From a virus (lineage: Duplodnaviria; Heunggongvirae; Uroviricota; Caudoviricetes): 47,071 nt of DNA. The translations under genes were made by a program, and so were the position numbers. The DNA lies in IMG/VR virus record IMGVR_UViG_3300030037_000008, positions 1-47,071 of that record; one strand, 5' to 3'. The notes under the pieces are model-generated. The model saw nothing but the letters and a program-made list of their open reading frames with translations, had not been told where the DNA came from and made no database searches. Numbering within the stretch: the stretch's first letter is position 1; every line of letters begins with the position of its first letter. Below, in pieces: positions 45,670 to 47,071 of this stretch.

Positions 45670-46229
45670 AAAAACTTAAAGATGATGCTCATAAATCATT
45701 CTCTTCATTTAGAAAAGTAGATCCATGTATTTTGCATCTTGCTACTGTTGATAAATGCAGTGATTGGTTTTTTAAATATCAATATGAACTACGTGGAAAA
45801 GATTTAAGAGCAATTGCTACATGCTACTGGTATCCTGAGAAGTATAAGTGGGATGAAGATGTAATTACATATAACGGTACTGAACACATGCCTACGATTC
45901 ATGATAGTATAAGTAACAGAATTACATTTACATCTAATGAATTAAGATCAGTGAAGAAAGCTCTTAAGTATGATCACAGTAGAACGGGATTAATAGAAAC
46001 TTCTATAATAAGAGTAACACCCAATGGATCGAGTTGTTGGACAAGAGATGTATTCGAATGTGAATTTCAAACTCCACAAGATGCATACATTTCTACTATC
46101 ACTAGTATAGCAAATGGAATACCTCACTATAGAGACATGCTTACAACTATTATTGAAGAAGTGTGGACACTAGAAAAAATACTCAACTTTACAAGAAACT
46201 ATGCAATGACAAGGAAACTATACGCATGA
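45666..46229 (+). CDS. Hypothetical protein (ends KLYA)
   Basis: ATGA overlap; carries the C-terminal tag. Confidence 0.6.
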   Translation: MKKLKDDAHKSFSSFRKVDPCILHLATVDKCSDWFFKYQYELRGKDLRAIATCYWYPEKYKWDEDVITYNGTEHMPTIHDSISNRITFTSNELRSVKKALKYDHSRTGLIETSIIRVTPNGSSCWTRDVFECEFQTPQDAYISTITSIANGIPHYRDMLTTIIEEVWTLEKILNFTRNYAMTRKLYA

Positions 46230-46459
46230 GAAAAGAATACGAATTAGTACATACTAACAACAGTTATGTGAAACAAACATCAGATGAGTCAGGAAATCCT
46301 TTACCTCTTATGCAAGGGGATAAAGAAGATCATACTCATGTAGTTAACACTGAAGTTTATGCTTCAGAAACATCACAGCATCAAGTAAGCTATTATAAAG
46401 AAGATGGAATTATTAGTCTATTAGCTCCTATTATCCATGTACAAAAGCCTAGTGAGTAG
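46226..46459 (+). CDS. Hypothetical protein (start moved to ATG 46226)
   Basis: ATGA overlap with the upstream stop. Confidence 0.5.
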   Translation: MRKEYELVHTNNSYVKQTSDESGNPLPLMQGDKEDHTHVVNTEVYASETSQHQVSYYKEDGIISLLAPIIHVQKPSE

Positions 46460-46482
46460 TATATTGATCTAACAACAAAGGA

Positions 46483-46947
46483 TTGATTATGGGATCAAGT
46501 AACTTAGTAATACGATACAACAGCGACATAGAGAACACTTACTACTATGATCATTCAGATGATACGATTGTCCAGATCATAGGATTCTCTCATCATGGCA
46601 ATTTAAAGTACAACAAGTATAAGTATGATACTTTATATAGGAAAGTGATATTGTCTGATACAGTATCAAACATGATAAGACTGACCGCTGCTTATGGTGA
46701 ATGGACAAATACAGTAGTTGATGAAATGCGGTCTATGATAAAGTACCATGAGAAAGCAGACTCTGAACATTACAATTGTCTTAAAGAAGTATTCATCGAG
46801 AAAGGATCCAAATTTGAAAAGGAAATAACTCAAGCTACTAATCATCATATAGGTGACTTAGATCCAAGTGTTATGTTCTTAGGAAAATCTGAAGATATTA
46901 CTGGACCCTTTATATACATGCACAAAATAAGGAATCTGTATGCATAA
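46483..46947 (+). CDS. Hypothetical protein (ends NLYA)
   Basis: ORF tiling; carries the C-terminal tag. Confidence 0.6.
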   Translation: MIMGSSNLVIRYNSDIENTYYYDHSDDTIVQIIGFSHHGNLKYNKYKYDTLYRKVILSDTVSNMIRLTAAYGEWTNTVVDEMRSMIKYHEKADSEHYNCLKEVFIEKGSKFEKEITQATNHHIGDLDPSVMFLGKSEDITGPFIYMHKIRNLYA

Positions 46948-47071
46948 ATTATTTCCTGTATATGAAAGATCTTGGATCAACTTACATTCTCGAGATATGC
47001 ACACGTGGTTTAGACCTGATGAATTTGACTGGTCTTACATAAAGTTGCTAATTCAATTCTGTGGAAAACAA
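46940..47071 (+). CDS. Trp/Phe-rich repeat protein, 3'-truncated by the window edge
   Basis: MHKLFPVYERSWINLHSRDMHTWFRPDEFDWSYIKLLIQFCGKQ shares the WFxPxxFDW unit with the gene at 35212. Confidence 0.6.
   Translation, partial: MHKLFPVYERSWINLHSRDMHTWFRPDEFDWSYIKLLIQFCGKQ

Noticed and set aside
932-46848. Antisense or out-of-frame ORFs in the track (e.g. 1520-1807, 5945-6205, 16696-16956, 29954-30259, 44451-44840)
   Set aside because: Each lies fully inside a well-supported gene on the other strand or frame, with no SD or motif; these are shadow ORFs
1-47071. Stop-codon reassignment as in some jumbo phages
   Set aside because: ORFs tile densely under the standard code and conserved proteins are not interrupted

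Overview
AT-rich (roughly 30-33% GC by eye) fragment of a large T4-related/jumbo tailed phage genome, read in the standard genetic code. No tRNA, rRNA, CRISPR array or IS element was seen. Layout: (i) 1-10243 (+) late virion module with an edge-truncated structural gene, an HxH-repeat fibre plus chaperone, a 1424-aa modular long fibre plus chaperone, a beta-helix tailspike and one more structural gene; (ii) 10300-20172 (-) ligase-like nucleotidyltransferase, GroES, sigma70-family factor, MazG-type NTP pyrophosphatase, DinG/XPD helicase, HPF-like fusion, and the C-terminal half of a family B DNA polymerase that begins with the C-fragment of an atypically split intein; (iii) a ~500-bp divergent spacer with a G-quadruplex motif and short repeats; (iv) 20671-47071 (+) nucleotide metabolism and replication genes (nrdB, tmk, gp59-like, gp32-like, clamp, QueC-like, clamp loader, dNMP kinase, Asp-type thymidylate synthase homologue, thioredoxin, short NAD ligase) interleaved with many small hypothetical genes behind sigma70-like TGTAC-17-TATxxT promoters. 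Most striking observations: a C-terminal [L/M]-Y-x-stop tag on 11 of 46 mostly unrelated rightward proteins; repeated GATAAATA late-promoter/RBS-hairpin switches; a probable trans-spliced DNA polymerase; and a probable cytosine-modification pathway. All assignments come from motif recognition without database searches.
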